Shown in pieces: positions 13,230 to 27,455 of a stretch of 64,000 nt of DNA. How positions within the stretch are numbered: position 1 is the first letter of the stretch; each line of letters opens with the position of its first letter. The notes under the pieces are model-generated. The model made no database searches. It saw nothing but the letters and a program-made list of their open reading frames with translations, and was not told the origin of the DNA. The DNA lies in the NCBI RefSeq assembly GCF_006345805.1, contig NC_043001.1, positions 97,526,001 to 97,590,000 on the forward strand, in the 5' to 3' direction. A program made the position numbers and the translations under genes. The DNA is from Octopus sinensis. Taxonomy: Eukaryota.

Positions 13230-16200
13230 TCCTTTGTTTTCTTCTTTCTTATTTGTGTCTCTCCTTACTAACCGTCAGCCATTTGAAGGGATATTTACAT
13301 ATTAGAGAGTCGGGTATGATGAACTCCAGAATTTATATCAATCTTATCTCGGAATATAATTTTACCGTAGTAATGAAAGTCAGCCGCTCCCATCTACAGC
13401 CTTCTGCACATCTGCTCCAGGTGCATGCTCCACCACCCACCAAAAGAAAAAAAAGAGAATTTTTATTCCTCGTACATAAAATGAAACACAGCTAGAAGAA
13501 ATGTGTCCTCTATACCACTGCTATCTATATTTTTTATAATTTTGTCGGCATCCATTTGCAAAAGTCTTTTACTTGCTGTCCTTAAAATTTTATTTCTGTA
13601 AAGATACTATCTCTTAAATATACACTGTATTAAAACGAAAGTAACTAAATTAGATGTACTCTTATTTTTATTTTTAATTTTGCATCCCTAAAATAAAATA
13701 ACTTATTGATTAATGTTCATCTACTTAATTCTATGTAGAATATACTTTAAGAAATCTAATTACGCCTATTACCGAATGTATCATGACAGCAGTCAGTTGG
13801 TGAATTATTAAAACTGTACAAATTCAGACACATACAGAAATTGAATTATCTCATATAATAGGTAATACATAGAAATCAAAGAATTGAACATGCCTGTACA
13901 TAGCCATCAGTAGATGAATCAGATGAAATTCAAAATATACTGGTAGAGAAAATAAGATAGGAATAATTTAGAAGCCTATTACACAAATACTAAATATTGA
14001 AACTACTGCTGGAAAATATATCACCATATATCCTATTCATGACCTGGCCCATAGTACAAACATAATAAAACAGAAGTTAAAAGGCGTGGATACATTTAGG
14101 TAAGAAAAAGAAACAAAAAAATGACAACAATTTGCTATTCGGATCCTACATTGATATTGATGACAAACACACAGGAGGCTAATGGCTTTTTTCTGAATTA
14201 ACAGAGAACATCAAACGAAAAATATCACTTCGTCTCAGGCTGTTAAGTCCTGGCAAAGATAGAATATATTTACAGGAATGATGGAATACGTGATTATAGC
14301 CATTCAGCTTTATAATTTTCACTCAAAGAATTGGAGTAACCAGACATCGACATTTTTTATTTGATATCTATGAAGCTGCGTGAATATATGTCATGTGTAC
14401 AGTGCTCCAATGTGGAGATTTGCTGAATGAAGATTTTCTGCTGGAGCTGAATTTATTCAGTGTAAACTCAGAATGTGATTTTTTTTCTATCAATAGGAAA
14501 TTTTCAAAATATACAAGCTGCAGTTTAAAAATAAATCTTATTTGTTGATTATTATATTGTTATTTGTTGCTGTTTTATATTTATATTTTGTTCACAAATA
14601 GATCAGTGTGATAAAGTAGACAGACAAACAGTAAAATGGGTAAGCATATAGTATATAGTATTTTGCTTCATGTACAGTATATTTATCTCTAACTCTTTTC
14701 TATCCATTCTACTCCTTTTACTTGGAGACATTGGGATATGTTTTGTCGGAAAATTTCGTTACTATTCTTGTATACTGATCAAGTGACCAATTAAAAACTA
14801 TTTCTATAATTTTATCAACATTAACAACTGTGAATGACATACAGTTTTATACAAGGATACCTGTACATGCAGGAAACATCGAATCATTTGTTCCAGCAAT
14901 TCACATACACAGTTACGCAAATAACAACCAATATATTTTCTTGAACAGAGTTGATACATATGTATCTCAATCATATATACTGTCATACATGTATACTAAA
15001 TGATGATTTGTGAGTGACATATGCATGTCTATATCTTGTAACTATATTTCATTTTATCAATCTCTACTGAGAATTGCTCCATGGTAGCATCTCTAAAAGA
15101 ACGTTGACGCTGATAATTTTCAAGATTGTCCGTGTCGACTATAAGGGGGTAAATATGTAGAGACAAGTAAATTGTTTTAAGATTAAAAAAAAAAGGATTA
15201 ACACACAGCAGTATCTGCGGGCTCGGAAGTAATTGCATTAAGACGGTAAACAAGTTTGTTAGACAATATTTATAGTCCGATATCTCATCGACTTCTCATC
15301 TTCTATTGAATTATTAATTGCCTTATCTGTATCTGTGGCAAAAATGTATCTGTGGTTTACATTTAGAATTTGTTAACGAAAAAATCTGTATATCATTAAC
15401 TCTTAATCGTTTGTTTTGTGAACAACAATATATATTCTGCCGTATCATAAGCTAAAGTTTTAACAATATATCTTCATTATCGTCGCAGTAATCTCGTATC
15501 AAACACCACAGGATCAAGCCATCATAACAATGTTGCTATTTTAAGACACGTATGAATTCACGAAAGGGGATAAAAACAAAAAAATAGAAAAATAGATCTT
15601 TTCTTTATTTCGTATATATTTACATATTCGATTTTCATATCAAAGATTGATACTTGCTCATAATATTTTCAATATGATTGCTATGACGGAATAACGAAAC
15701 TATAAACTTATCTGTACTTAAATTTGAATGGTTTCCTTTCTTGTTCATGTAATTGTTCCTTCGCACGAAGTCGTTTTACTTTCGAGCTGATTGGCAGATG
15801 TGAACAACTCATTTATTCTGCATGTAAAATTAACATTTAAGTGTTGTTCGTGAATGATTTGATCAATAACTGCTGTTCTTACATCTTCTCTGTTTTATAT
15901 TTATAAATTTTATGGTGTCTGGAATTTAACATCTGCAAAGGCAATTATAAAGAAAAGACAATATCTTTGAAAAGAATATGAAACGGGCATGTTATGTTCT
16001 CATACTATTCATCTCTTAGATCTTCATTCTTTATTCTTCAAATTTGTCGTAAACAAATTTCTTGTATATCCTAGGCGTCTCAAATAATTTCAAACATGTG
16101 CGCACAACTACTCCAAATGTTTGTGAAAATTAAAATTTTAAGTTGTGAGATTGAAATATGTGCTCGTTATTTTCTATTATATTTCATCTTCACTGAAATT

Positions 16201-16590
16201 ACAAACTTGCTAATATAAAGTATTTATTTTTTATATCTATTTGAATAACGTGGAGTTCCATCATTACTAAGAATATATAATTCGAGTGTTACTTTGAATT
16301 AAAACTATAATTATTCTTCCACTATCTACATCTCTTTTTAGAAGGAGCTGCAACGAAGTAGATTTTGCCATTTTGCAAGATTCAATATATTTTGATGAAT
16401 ATGAACATATTGACGTTCAGAGATTGATTATAAGCACCATCTTATCAAGTTTGTAATGTCCCTTCCTTCAACTTCATGTATATTTATAATGTTGTTGTCC
16501 GTGTCGTATCCCCCATTGTCATCATTATCATGAATGCTCTCATACCACCATTGAGGTTCATCGTAAGATTACCATCAACATTGTCGTCGA

Positions 16591-16623
<33 letters not shown>

Positions 16624-16672
16624 AATCATCATCATCAACTAAATCGTTATCATCATCAACGTCACCGCCATC

Positions 16673-17853
16673 CTGCTTGTTTGATCATTACATGGTAGTA
16701 ATATCTTGGAAAATCAACGAACATTTTGTTACGTTTCAGATCATCTGTGATAAATTGGATGTTCCAGTTATGGCCATCACATTATGGCCAGCACATCCTC
16801 CTCCTCCTCCTCCAATCTTCCTCCCCCTCCCCTTCTCCCCTTCCTCCTCCTCATCATCATCGACGCCTGGAACTAGATAATCAAATGAAAGAAATCTATG
16901 GCGTCACCTGTAACATAGACCTCAATGTTCTAATCTAGATATTGATATATGAATTACGAAATGTTAAAATAAATATATATCAGTGTTTTGTTTAACGCGT
17001 CTTTGCGAACTAATACTAAATTTCACAATTTGAATCTCATTTCAAATTCTCTGTATAACATTATAATGTTAGTAGAAAATTCATGTAGCCCCAGCGGGAA
17101 ATAATTTAGTGTTGATTATTATTCAACTAGTTACACGGACAAAAATATATGCAAATAAGATCTTTTTAAGAGAAATAGTTTTTTTTTCTTCTAACTTCAT
17201 GCACAATAGCTATCGCATCTCAACTTATACTGATGTGACAAAAATGTCTCTATATATATATTTATCGCTTAAAGGATACATTTAGACAATTAAAAACAAA
17301 TAAATTTGAAATATAATTAATAATTTAATTACTTTTAACAATTGTTTCATACAGAATAAGTATTGTTAATTACATGTTTATGTAAGTTACATAATAAATG
17401 GTTGTAAATTAATTTATAACAACGTTCATTGCAAGTCATCAAAGATGTCTGAACCTTGGCTACTCATAGCCATTTGGTGTATGTATATGTATATGATTTA
17501 TAGTCAATCGACTGAATAAAGTAATGAACGGACACTGTCTTTTTATTTTCATCAGAGCTACAGCAGAGCTCAGACAGTGAAGATGAACGAATTTGCCCTA
17601 AGAATTTACTAACGTTTCTGCCAGCTCGCTGCCTTCAAGACATATCTATATTGAAACTTCTTGCCACATACACCGAACACTAATTTGTAGAAATATAATG
17701 AATATTTTCTCTTTTACCATATTTAGTTGTTTGGTTCGTTTCTGCTGCTTGTTTGATCATTACATGGTAGTAACATCTTGGAAAACCGACGAACATTTTG
17801 TTTCGTTTCAGAACAGTTTTGATTAATTCGATGTTCCAGTTATTGCCATCACA
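16673..17853 (+). repeat. 109-bp direct repeat pair (16673-16781 and 17745-17853)
   Basis: ctgcttgtttgatcattacatggtagtaa..cattttgtt(a/t)cgtttcag..atgttccagttat(g/t)gccatcaca present twice. Confidence 0.85.
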
Positions 17854-19524
17854 GTTGTTAAAAGAATTCAGGCAGTGTATAGTAATTCTAGAAATATATT
17901 GTGCTATATGTGCCTAGTATGTGATGAGGCGAGATCTGTGACGAATAATGCTAGCATTTCATTTCTCGACCTTGAGTTTGTTTTTTATTTCTGCCCCAGG
18001 CATAAATATTTTATAATTTTTCCCTCATTGACCCTTTATCCCATTATATACATGTGAATTGTCATTAATTTTGCCGTCTAATAGTCGAAAAACTTTTTAC
18101 GAATATTCATCGAGAACACTGTTTCGTCAAATATTAAAATCTTGCTAAAAACACGTTGGGATGGAATATGTGCTAATTAGTAAAGACTCCCCATATCAGA
18201 TATTATACTTAGTCATCTATTAAAAAGAAAATATGTGAAAAATAGATTCTACTTACCACAAGGCAATACATTCTCATTGCTAATTCTTATTAACAAGAAT
18301 TTATAATCATGGAATTAATTCATATTCCTAATTCAGTAGGACGAAATAGTCGTCAATATTTCTGAATAGACTCCGCGTCGAAAATTTTAATTATGTTTTA
18401 TATAAAGATACAAGTCTATTTACAAAATCCGTCTTATAGATAATCATTTTACCTCAAAAATTTGAAAACACAGCTGAAAAAATTACTTTGCCTGGGGAAA
18501 GATAATAATTACAAAAACTATCTCTGCTTACCTCAGGATATGTACAGCGAGATACTTAAAAAAAGAACACCAACTAATTCTACTTAGGTATTTATAATCA
18601 TATAATTAATTAAGAGGAATATTACAGTGAGAATAACACCTTCATTAAATGTCGGTATAAGTTGTTAAATTGTATAATTTTTGTGCCTAGAGCGCTGGCT
18701 GATAGGTTGCTACTCTATACGTTTAAACTGCTAATTTGTTCTTCTAACAGGGGAACAGTTAACATTTTATCTTGATTACAGCAGCTATGTTAATGCTATG
18801 TTTCTTTATAATCTCTACATACCAATCTTCCCATTCACCAGAACCTCAGCCTTTAGTTATATTTACATGTACTTATACACCATGTTCCAGACTGCTTAAA
18901 AATCTAACGGTTTGCTAGTGAATTTGACTTTTCTAAATAACCGAAACAAAGTTTTCATTTTATATCTTTGTTATATGTGTGCATATGTATGAGTCCACAC
19001 GTATATATGCATGTCCGCTACAATGCATGCAGGGGAAAATGTGTTAGGATGGAAAACAAGATTTCAAATAAACCGTGATATGTGTTTGCGGTGAAGTATA
19101 TTAGTAAATATCTTCCGTTACATCATACGGTTCGCTAAAACATCAAGATCGAAATCGGCAAAAAATAAATGTTAATTAACATCACTTATAATTCATCACC
19201 CACCATATCGCCCTCAGGTCACAAGTCTGTGAGTAATACTTAAACACATTCAATTCAACCGACACAAACACCAACATGCACACACACATACATAGATATA
19301 CATGCATACCGCTGAAACATATCGAAGTATAAAATAATAAAAGAACAAACGCATACATATATAAATATCCTAAATATTAATTTGCTAATTTTCATATAGT
19401 CAAGGAAGTACCTGTGATATGTGTCACATTTACTTCCCAGGAAGACGTAAAATGAGAGAAATAAAACTTGTTCATCAGAGGAAGTATAGTTGAAGTGAGA
19501 GGCAAAACGGCAAAGAGGAGCAAC

Positions 19525-19532
19525 AACACACA

Positions 19533-19589
<57 letters not shown>

Positions 19590-20190
19590 TCTATCTGTCT
19601 GTCTCTCTCGGCAAATAGCTCTGGATGTTACTGTTACTCTGTGACATTTCAAGGCAGAGGTAAAAAGACAAAGACAAATAAAAGATGTTAAATAGATGGG
19701 GTATAGTTGAAGGAAGTGGCAAAGCGAGAGATAGGATGGATAGACAGGGGCTGAGGTAGCCAGATAGGGTGAGTTGTGACTGAAAGGAAGGTGTCAATCG
19801 TTTGCTGTTTTTTTAAAAAAATATTTACAGTATTTTCAGAGTATACACATACGTACATCGAAAGAAAACTAGATACGTTGAAACATTGTTACATCAAAGA
19901 ATAACCACAGCAAATATTGGATGAAACGTTTAGTTTTTATTACCGCAGTACGATGAGTGATAGGCAAGGAAATATAAAGGAGAGAGAGAGGGGAGAGAGG
20001 GAAGGAGAGAGTGAGGGGAAGAAAACGCGTTAAACGCAGGAGGATGGATGAGAAACAGTGAGACTTGGAAAAGGGGGAGGAAAGGGGAAAGAAAGAAAGA
20101 AAGAAAGAGAGAGCGAGGAGGGGGAAGATAGTTACAGAGATAGACTTAGTGAAGTAAGAGAGCGGATAGAGAAGAATAGTGAGAGAGAAT
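19525..20190. repeat. (CT)n tract and purine-rich GA low-complexity region
   Basis: Tandem and low-complexity sequence read directly. Confidence 0.8.
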
Positions 20191-20395
20191 GAAACAGACA
20201 AAGTGGTGTAAAACTTTTCCTTTTCGATGATATATGATAAAGCGGTTAAAAATACGGAAATTGCAAACAGAAATGTTGCCTGTCTATCTATCTATCTGTC
20301 TGTCTGTATGTCTGTCTGTCTATTTATGTACTAGTCTATTTATCTATCTATCTATCTATCCAAATATCTATAGTTATTCTGTCTGCATCTCCCTC

Positions 20396-20428
<33 letters not shown>

Positions 20429-20551
20429 TCTCTCTCTCTCTACCTAATAGCTGTGGATTTTACGGTTGCTTTTGCACAGTTGAAACGAGAGGTACAAGGA
20501 GAATGATAAATAAAAGGTATCAAGCAGAGGCGGTATATTTGAAGTGAACGG

Positions 20552-20622
<71 letters not shown>

Positions 20623-20819
20623 AATATATATATATACAAAATTAAAAAAAAACTGCAAAAACTACGGAAGGCTTGTGTTATAAGGTTAAAGAATATAGTT
20701 TAGTCGTTATGTTAGAAAAATGTTAGAAAATTTTGTGTATAGTAACACAGTTTTTGAGAAATAACCGGTTTCGTGTACACTTTTAAAATTTCTCAAATTT
20801 CTTTACCTGCATCGTGTCA

Positions 20820-21100
20820 TGTCTTCGCTATGTTGTGAAATATGGGGTTCTAGGCAGGGGAAGGTGTAATCAGGGATTTCTTCCGGTATAAGAGAGATAA
20901 TCAAACATGTTGGGTTTGACTAAATAAACATTATTTTAGATAACTGATTATTGAAGCAGATCAGCACGGCGGATTGGATATATGAAATATCATTGTATCG
21001 CTTCGTCTTGAAATATTGAATAAATCATAGCAAACGTCCCCAAAAGGAAACAGCACCTTCCATGACCATAGATGCTCCACATAGAACAAACAAAAAGAAT
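20820..21100 (-). mobile_element. possible highly decayed Tc1-like transposase
   Basis: GASMVMEGAVSFWG (cf. GGGSVMVWGA) and TPSPA*NPIF (cf. SPDLNPIEN) in plausible order; very degraded. Confidence 0.25.
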
Positions 21101-21664
21101 ATTCGAACATTCTGGTACTGTTGTGCATCTAAAAGTAATGAGAAGCCCTATACGATGCCCACATAAACAAATGTATTAACGGCAAAAATTAAACTTATTA
21201 ATAACATAAGACCACGATAAATATACAAACATTATTACAGTGCGAATGAAGCACACTCGACTTTGATGTGAAGAAATAGATTAATAAATATACATACTAG
21301 GAAACAGAGGACGTTACTACCAATGTGATTGTCTTTGAGTATCACTAACCTATAAATTATATCCCAAGGAGGAATCTAAACAACATGTATGTTACACCTG
21401 ACTATACGTTCACACAGGATCTGGTAAACACAAAGAGATATTCTATTAGAGAGATAATCAAAGTTTAATTCATTCACTTACAGAATGACTAATGAGGAGA
21501 TTGAACCTGTGTGCTTAATGCGAGGTCCTGGCTTTCAAAAATATAGCTTGCTAATTCAATGCTGAATCACAACTACAGACATACCGTCTATCGGTATTTA
21601 ATTGAAGATAAAGATATTAGTGTAATAGGGGTTTGTTATTACAGTTTAGATTTACTTTTGCAGA

Positions 21665-21686
21665 ATCAAATATATAAACATAAATA

Positions 21687-21717
<31 letters not shown>

Positions 21718-21936
21718 TTGCATATATATATGTATATATATATACATATATATATATATATGTGTATATATATAAATATATATATGTATATATATCTACA
21801 CACATATATATATATATATACATATATACATGCATATATATACATAAATATATATATATACACACACATATATTTATATATATATGTATACATATATATT
21901 CATATATATACATATATATATTTGCATGTATATATG

Positions 21937-21980
<44 letters not shown>

Positions 21981-22045
21981 TATATATATATATATAATAT
22001 ATATTATATATATATATATATTATATATATATATTTATATACATA
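21665..22045. repeat. long degenerate (TA)n/(TATG)/(TACA) microsatellite
   Basis: Tandem units; explains the YI-rich ORFs. Confidence 0.95.
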
Positions 22046-22876
22046 ACAATCTATCTAGTAATCAAAATCGTGTTTTATATTCACTTTCATTCGCATCAAC
22101 TGTTCAATCGCTTTCATTATATTGGTATGACATCCATTAAAGTCTCGCTCGTTTATAACAATGAATGAAAGCATAAATAGCTAAATGAATCTATAGCGTA
22201 ATAGTTGGTGCAATTCATAAAATCCGATGGATTGATGAGCCAAAAAAAAACAAAATATCCGACTTAAGGGTATAATAGATGAATTGACTTAATTTATAAT
22301 TAATGTTAGGTTGCAATGAATAATACTACAACATTTTAAATAAAAAAAATATATTCTTGTTCTATGGCCAAATTGTAAGTGAGACAAAATACAAATGAAT
22401 AATTTTGAAAATTGTTGAACACTTCGAACAATATAAAACGGCCTTTTCAATTAAAAGAACAATACAGATGAGTACCATTCAACTATGCCGCTTCTATTGA
22501 AAGTAAAAATCTGTCTAATTTTTAGTTCTATTAAAACAGAGGATTAATGTTTTCATCTATTCTTTAGTTATTGAAATATTGTAATTACTAATGACGAATG
22601 TCACAGATTCTGAACGTATATATATATATGCATATATTTGGGTTGAAATCTGTTCGTCTGTCAATATATGCAATCACACACACATCGCTCACCACACACA
22701 TGTCAGGGTATGTCTGTATATACACATACACTTGTGCATATAAAAATACATACAAACATGTTGCGGGGTGTTTATGTGCGTGCCTGTGCGTGTGTATGTG
22801 CTTCTGAATATATATGTATGTGTATAAATATGTATCTGCTCGCTCATATATCTATCTCTTTCTCTCTCTGTCCCTC

Positions 22877-22913
<37 letters not shown>

Positions 22914-22919
22914 ACATAC

Positions 22920-23007
<88 letters not shown>

Positions 23008-23076
23008 TTGAAAATTTAACAGAGTGTGATAAAATTCCAAGACTGTGAAAGATTTCAGAACATTTATAAAGAGAAG

Positions 23077-23124
23077 GTCTTACAGCTGTTTCCGGCATAT
23101 TTTATATATCCCTTCATCGGAGAC
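23077..23124 (-). ncRNA. type I hammerhead motif with palindromic stem III
   Basis: Minus strand GTCT-CCGATGA-A-GGGATAT(ataaa)ATATGCC-G-GAA-ACAGCTGT-A-AGAC. Stem I is GTCT/AGAC, triplet GUA, U4 is C; adjacent to (GATA)n. Confidence 0.65.
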
Positions 23125-24379
23125 GGTGTGAGGAAATGGTTAAGTATTACACTTTATTAAAAAAGCATGTTACTCTACTTCTGGTATTCGAGTACTATTT
23201 TTCCACCTTGGTACGCATTTATGTGCTTACTCAGGTATATATATATATGTATGTGTGTGTGTGCGCACACACACATGCCTGTATGCAAGCTAGTATACAT
23301 TTATATGAGTATTTATTCACATCGAGATATATACATATCATGTATATTCATATGACTTTTGTATGGCAGCAATGTGTAACGCTTACGTAGATTCATCATT
23401 ATTTCTTACACGCAAAAATTTACTTAATTCTTCATTTATCAATCTTTAGTGAAAGCATTGACGCGGATGACACCCTGTGTGTATTCATGACTATTCATTA
23501 TTTTTTGAAATATCTAGATAACCAGAGAGATATATTTAAAAAAGACGAGTAAATGGATCCAAACATAAAGATAAATATTTACTCATTCGCAGGCACGCAT
23601 ATCAATAGATGCACCCTTATACAATCATACACGCAAATACAGAAGTGCGTAGGTATATAGCCCACGTTATGCTATGATCTACGGCAGTACTTAGCACAAA
23701 TGTACAACAAAATATTGGTGTTACGCTGGTTCAGTTGCTGGTAAGTAACTTGTGCACCTGTCTCGTGACTATTACAAGAACATCTATATATGCATGCATA
23801 TATACATGCATACAGACATTGGATATCATGGAGGATATCACCCACATCCGGAGCAGTTTCCCTAAATTTCTTCATGTTATTATGTTACAATTAGAGGTCA
23901 TATTGTGCCCAAGGCACTGTATATTGAGATACAACAGACAAATAAGATTTAAGAATTCAAATTTCTACAGACAACATTCATATTATGAAAGAGTAATGGT
24001 AGAATCTCCCAGTGAAACCTACATCTATCTCAAATATAATGTACATTTCGTAGTGATCTGAGACAAAAAAGAGAATCTAGCTACCTTATAGGAAATCAAT
24101 TGCCGAGCGTAAGTCAAGATGTAGCAAAAAATAAGCGAGCAAAAAACACCTTCGTAGTACGATTGAGAAAATTACAGCAATACAATTCGGATTGAAGTTT
24201 CGGATTTTTTTCCCTTCATTTTTGGGCACTACGATATGTTACAAACATGCTCATCACCAATATTGAAAAATTAGCGTGTTCTCAAAAACCCAAAATGATT
24301 CAACTATTCAGTCAACTACAGACACAAGGTATTTATTGAACTGTCGTAATACAGAACATGCTGTATTACGGATCTATGA

Positions 24380-24390
24380 ATATGTATATA

Positions 24391-24471
<81 letters not shown>

Positions 24472-24496
24472 CACTCTCTCTCTCTCACACACACAC

Positions 24497-24556
<60 letters not shown>

Positions 24557-24615
24557 TATATATATATATATATAATTATATATATATATATATAATATAT
24601 AATATATATATATAC

Positions 24616-24681
<66 letters not shown>

Positions 24682-24692
24682 TTATTATATAT

Positions 24693-24725
<33 letters not shown>
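24380..24725. repeat. (TA)n-rich microsatellite block
   Basis: Tandem units read directly. Confidence 0.95.
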
Positions 24726-25334
24726 GCACGTGATAGTATGTCAGTATTATAAATGACGTGGTGATGTTAGAGAAAAATAAAAGTGGCTTCCAGACATTCT
24801 AGATGAACTATTTACCATTTCGTAGCAGGTGACCGACTGTCGATATGATTATTTAGTAGTTCATGTGCTTGGATTCTGACAATACGACAACGGCGCTGTC
24901 CATTTTTTCACACTTGCTTTGCGTGGTGTAAGATATACTAAAGTATGAACTTATGTTTGAGTGTTGCTGCCTAGAATCTTCTTTTCTTGATTTCTTACAG
25001 ATTTACATAAATCACTTCGTGAAATAGAGAATTTACATCTCGGTTTTTTTTTATTGTCGCAGCTTGTTTGCTGGAGATTTAAATATTTTGTATAATTGCA
25101 GGAAACACGGTGAACGCCGCATATATATACTGTGACAGATTAAATTTATTATGAGCCTCTTATAATCGTCCAAACCTTCCAGCAGCAACGAAACAGTCGG
25201 AAGGATTATATGTAAAATCTCAGTCAGACGGGCGGACCATTGTCAAGTGCACAATAAATAAAAGAAACTGAAGACAAATCACAGTTATTAGCCATGTAAG
25301 GCAGGCATCCGTTAGACTTTCTAAAGCTATTTGA

Positions 25335-25507
25335 AGTACTAGTAGAATGTTTTTGCTTATTGTTTTAGGGAGGTAATTGAGCATATCTAGGTCGTCCATT
25401 ATGTAGCGTTTGATATGCTTGAGGAATGGTTTTAAGAGGTTATCTAAAAAGTTAATGAGGCGGTGGGTTTGGCATGCTGGACCTGCTATTATAGGTCTTA
25501 ATTTCAT
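25335..25507 (-). mobile_element. Penelope-like element reverse transcriptase fragment
   Basis: KLRPIIAGPACQTHRLINFLDNLLKPFLKHIKRYIMDDLDMLNYLP (ORF 25220..25513) matches the PLE RT region ahead of motif A. Confidence 0.8.
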
Positions 25508-25961
25508 AGACAACCCAAACCTATGTAAAGTCTCCTAACACGAGTCCAACTACGCTCGACAACAACAATGAAGCCGTCAGTAGAAAAAATGCGCAAGACC
25601 TAACCGTTGTATATTCGTCACCATAATAACAGAATCGGATTTCTCTTTCATATAAGGTCAACGTTTTAAAGTAAAAAACAACTCCACATGTGCTTTGGGG
25701 AACGTAATATATGCATTAACTTGCCTTGGATGTCGAGAGCTATACATACGCCAAACGTAAAACAGTCTACGTCAAAAGATGGCTCTACTTAGATCCCAGA
25801 CCAAAATTCGGGAATACAGAAAACTAGCCTTCAGGAACCACATCGACATTTGCAACACTAGCAAACAACCCAGGTTCAGAATTTTTCCCCTCTAGAAATT
25901 CAGGGACGATGCAACCTGTAAAGAGTTATATTTTATCCCAAAATATAAACCCCTTTTGAAT
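25508..25961 (+). mobile_element. Penelope-like (Neptune-like) GIY-YIG endonuclease remnant
   Basis: Manual translation: RQPKPM*SLLTR..KCARPNRC..TCALGNVIYALTCLGCRELYIRQT*NSLRQK..NHIDIC..ELYFIPKYKPLLN, with stops and frameshifts. Confidence 0.85.
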
Positions 25962-26169
25962 GCGTTCACCACAAATGACACTAGGCCTTTAGAATAATAC
26001 CTACGCAAATATTAAAAACGATATATTCAGAACAATTCCAATCACTACTATTACAACCACAACAGGTCACTTTTAGGTTGCGTAACCATTTAAGCGGATT
26101 CTGTCAGTATCCTACCACTGTCATACCACTCCCGCATTTTTTAATATTCTTACTTTCCTGGGGTAGCTC

Positions 26170-26510
26170 TGCTCTGGGTCAAGAGGGTGGTTGCTGTGAG
26201 ACCCTATATCCGGCAGCAGAACTCTTCACCATGTCACACAAGCAGTAGAACCCACTCATGGCTGTCAGACATTCTCTGCGACCACATCAACAGTAATATC
26301 TGGCCACCTCACTCCACAGACTGAAACCCTCTTGATTATTATGTGTGCCGTGCAGTTGAGCGATAAGACAACTGTAACGCCTTGTAACACCAACTATGAA
26401 ATGAGGGCTAGGATTATGACAGCATTCATCAACTTAAATGAAGAGACGAACCACAAGAGTTGCAGGAGTTCCGAAGTCGTTTGGAGCCAATGGCGGTTTT
26501 ATTGAATAAC
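26170..26510 (+). mobile_element. Tc1/mariner superfamily (maT/DD37D-like) transposase C-terminal remnant
   Basis: QQNSSPCHTSSRTHSWLS..NIWPPHSTD*NPLDYYVCRAVE, resembling QQD..P.H and WPP.SPDLNPLDY.VW. Confidence 0.75.
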
Positions 26511-27050
26511 TTTACTTTTCAGTTTTTCAAGAAATTTTAATGTAATTTTGGTAAATATATCTGTTAAAATAGGATGTTATTCTCAGTGCCATTTTCCCTT
26601 TCGTGTAATTTATTTAGACGATAATATATTAACAGCTCCTTGAATATATATATATATATGTATGTATGGGTGTGTGTGTCTATGTCTGAGCGTGCGAGTC
26701 AATGTTCTTGATATAGATGTCACTGGTCACTATGAAGTAGTTCACTTAGCTGATTGTTTTTAATAAGCAAATTACATATGCCATAAGAGTGTTCCGATCA
26801 TTTTATCGAATTCTGACTCCCTTGACTTCTGGTGATAAAATTTGACAATTGCGATGCTAATGACACGTATTGAGGCTGAACCATATATTTATGTTTGTAC
26901 TTTCTTCAGATTTGCAGCTAATAATGAGTTCCAATTCGAAGCAGCATACCAATACACACTTGCTCATGGAGGTATGCCATCACTCCAACACATGGTACCT
27001 GCTATTTCTAATGATAACAGTACTGACAGGATCAAAATGCGCAGAGTGAT

Positions 27051-27272
27051 AAGGCGGCGAGCTTGCAGAATCGTTAGCACGCCGGGCGAAATGTTTAGCC
27101 ATTACGTTCTGAGTTCAAATTCCCCCGAGGTCAACTTTGCCTTTTATCCTTTCGTGGTCGATTAAATAAGTACCAGTTATGTACTCGGATGGATGTGACC
27201 GACTTAATTCCTTTGCCTGACCTTGTTTGTCCCCTCTATGTTTAGCCCCGTGTGGGCAATAAAGAAATAAAT
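27051..27272 (+). mobile_element. tRNA-derived SINE family B
   Basis: ggcggcgagcttgcagaatcgttagc head, gagttcaaattcc B box; colinear with the reverse complement of 37942-38165. Confidence 0.9.
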
Positions 27273-27455
27273 ACGTGCCGATTGATTACGATGATTATAG
27301 AAGTAGAATCCACAATGGAAGACAAACCACGTAGTAGTACCATTTGGTATCTGAAACCAATGATACAATATGATTTGAATGAAAATACAGATGACTTTCT
27401 GCGAGTTTGCTGCTGCCATCTGGTCTGTGATAACGTATCATGCCTATTAAATGGA

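Noticed and set aside
23690-23870. Donor gtaagt at about 23740 and a downstream GYHGGYHPHP peptide
   Set aside because: No splice phase links them into a coherent ORF; not a recognisable protein.
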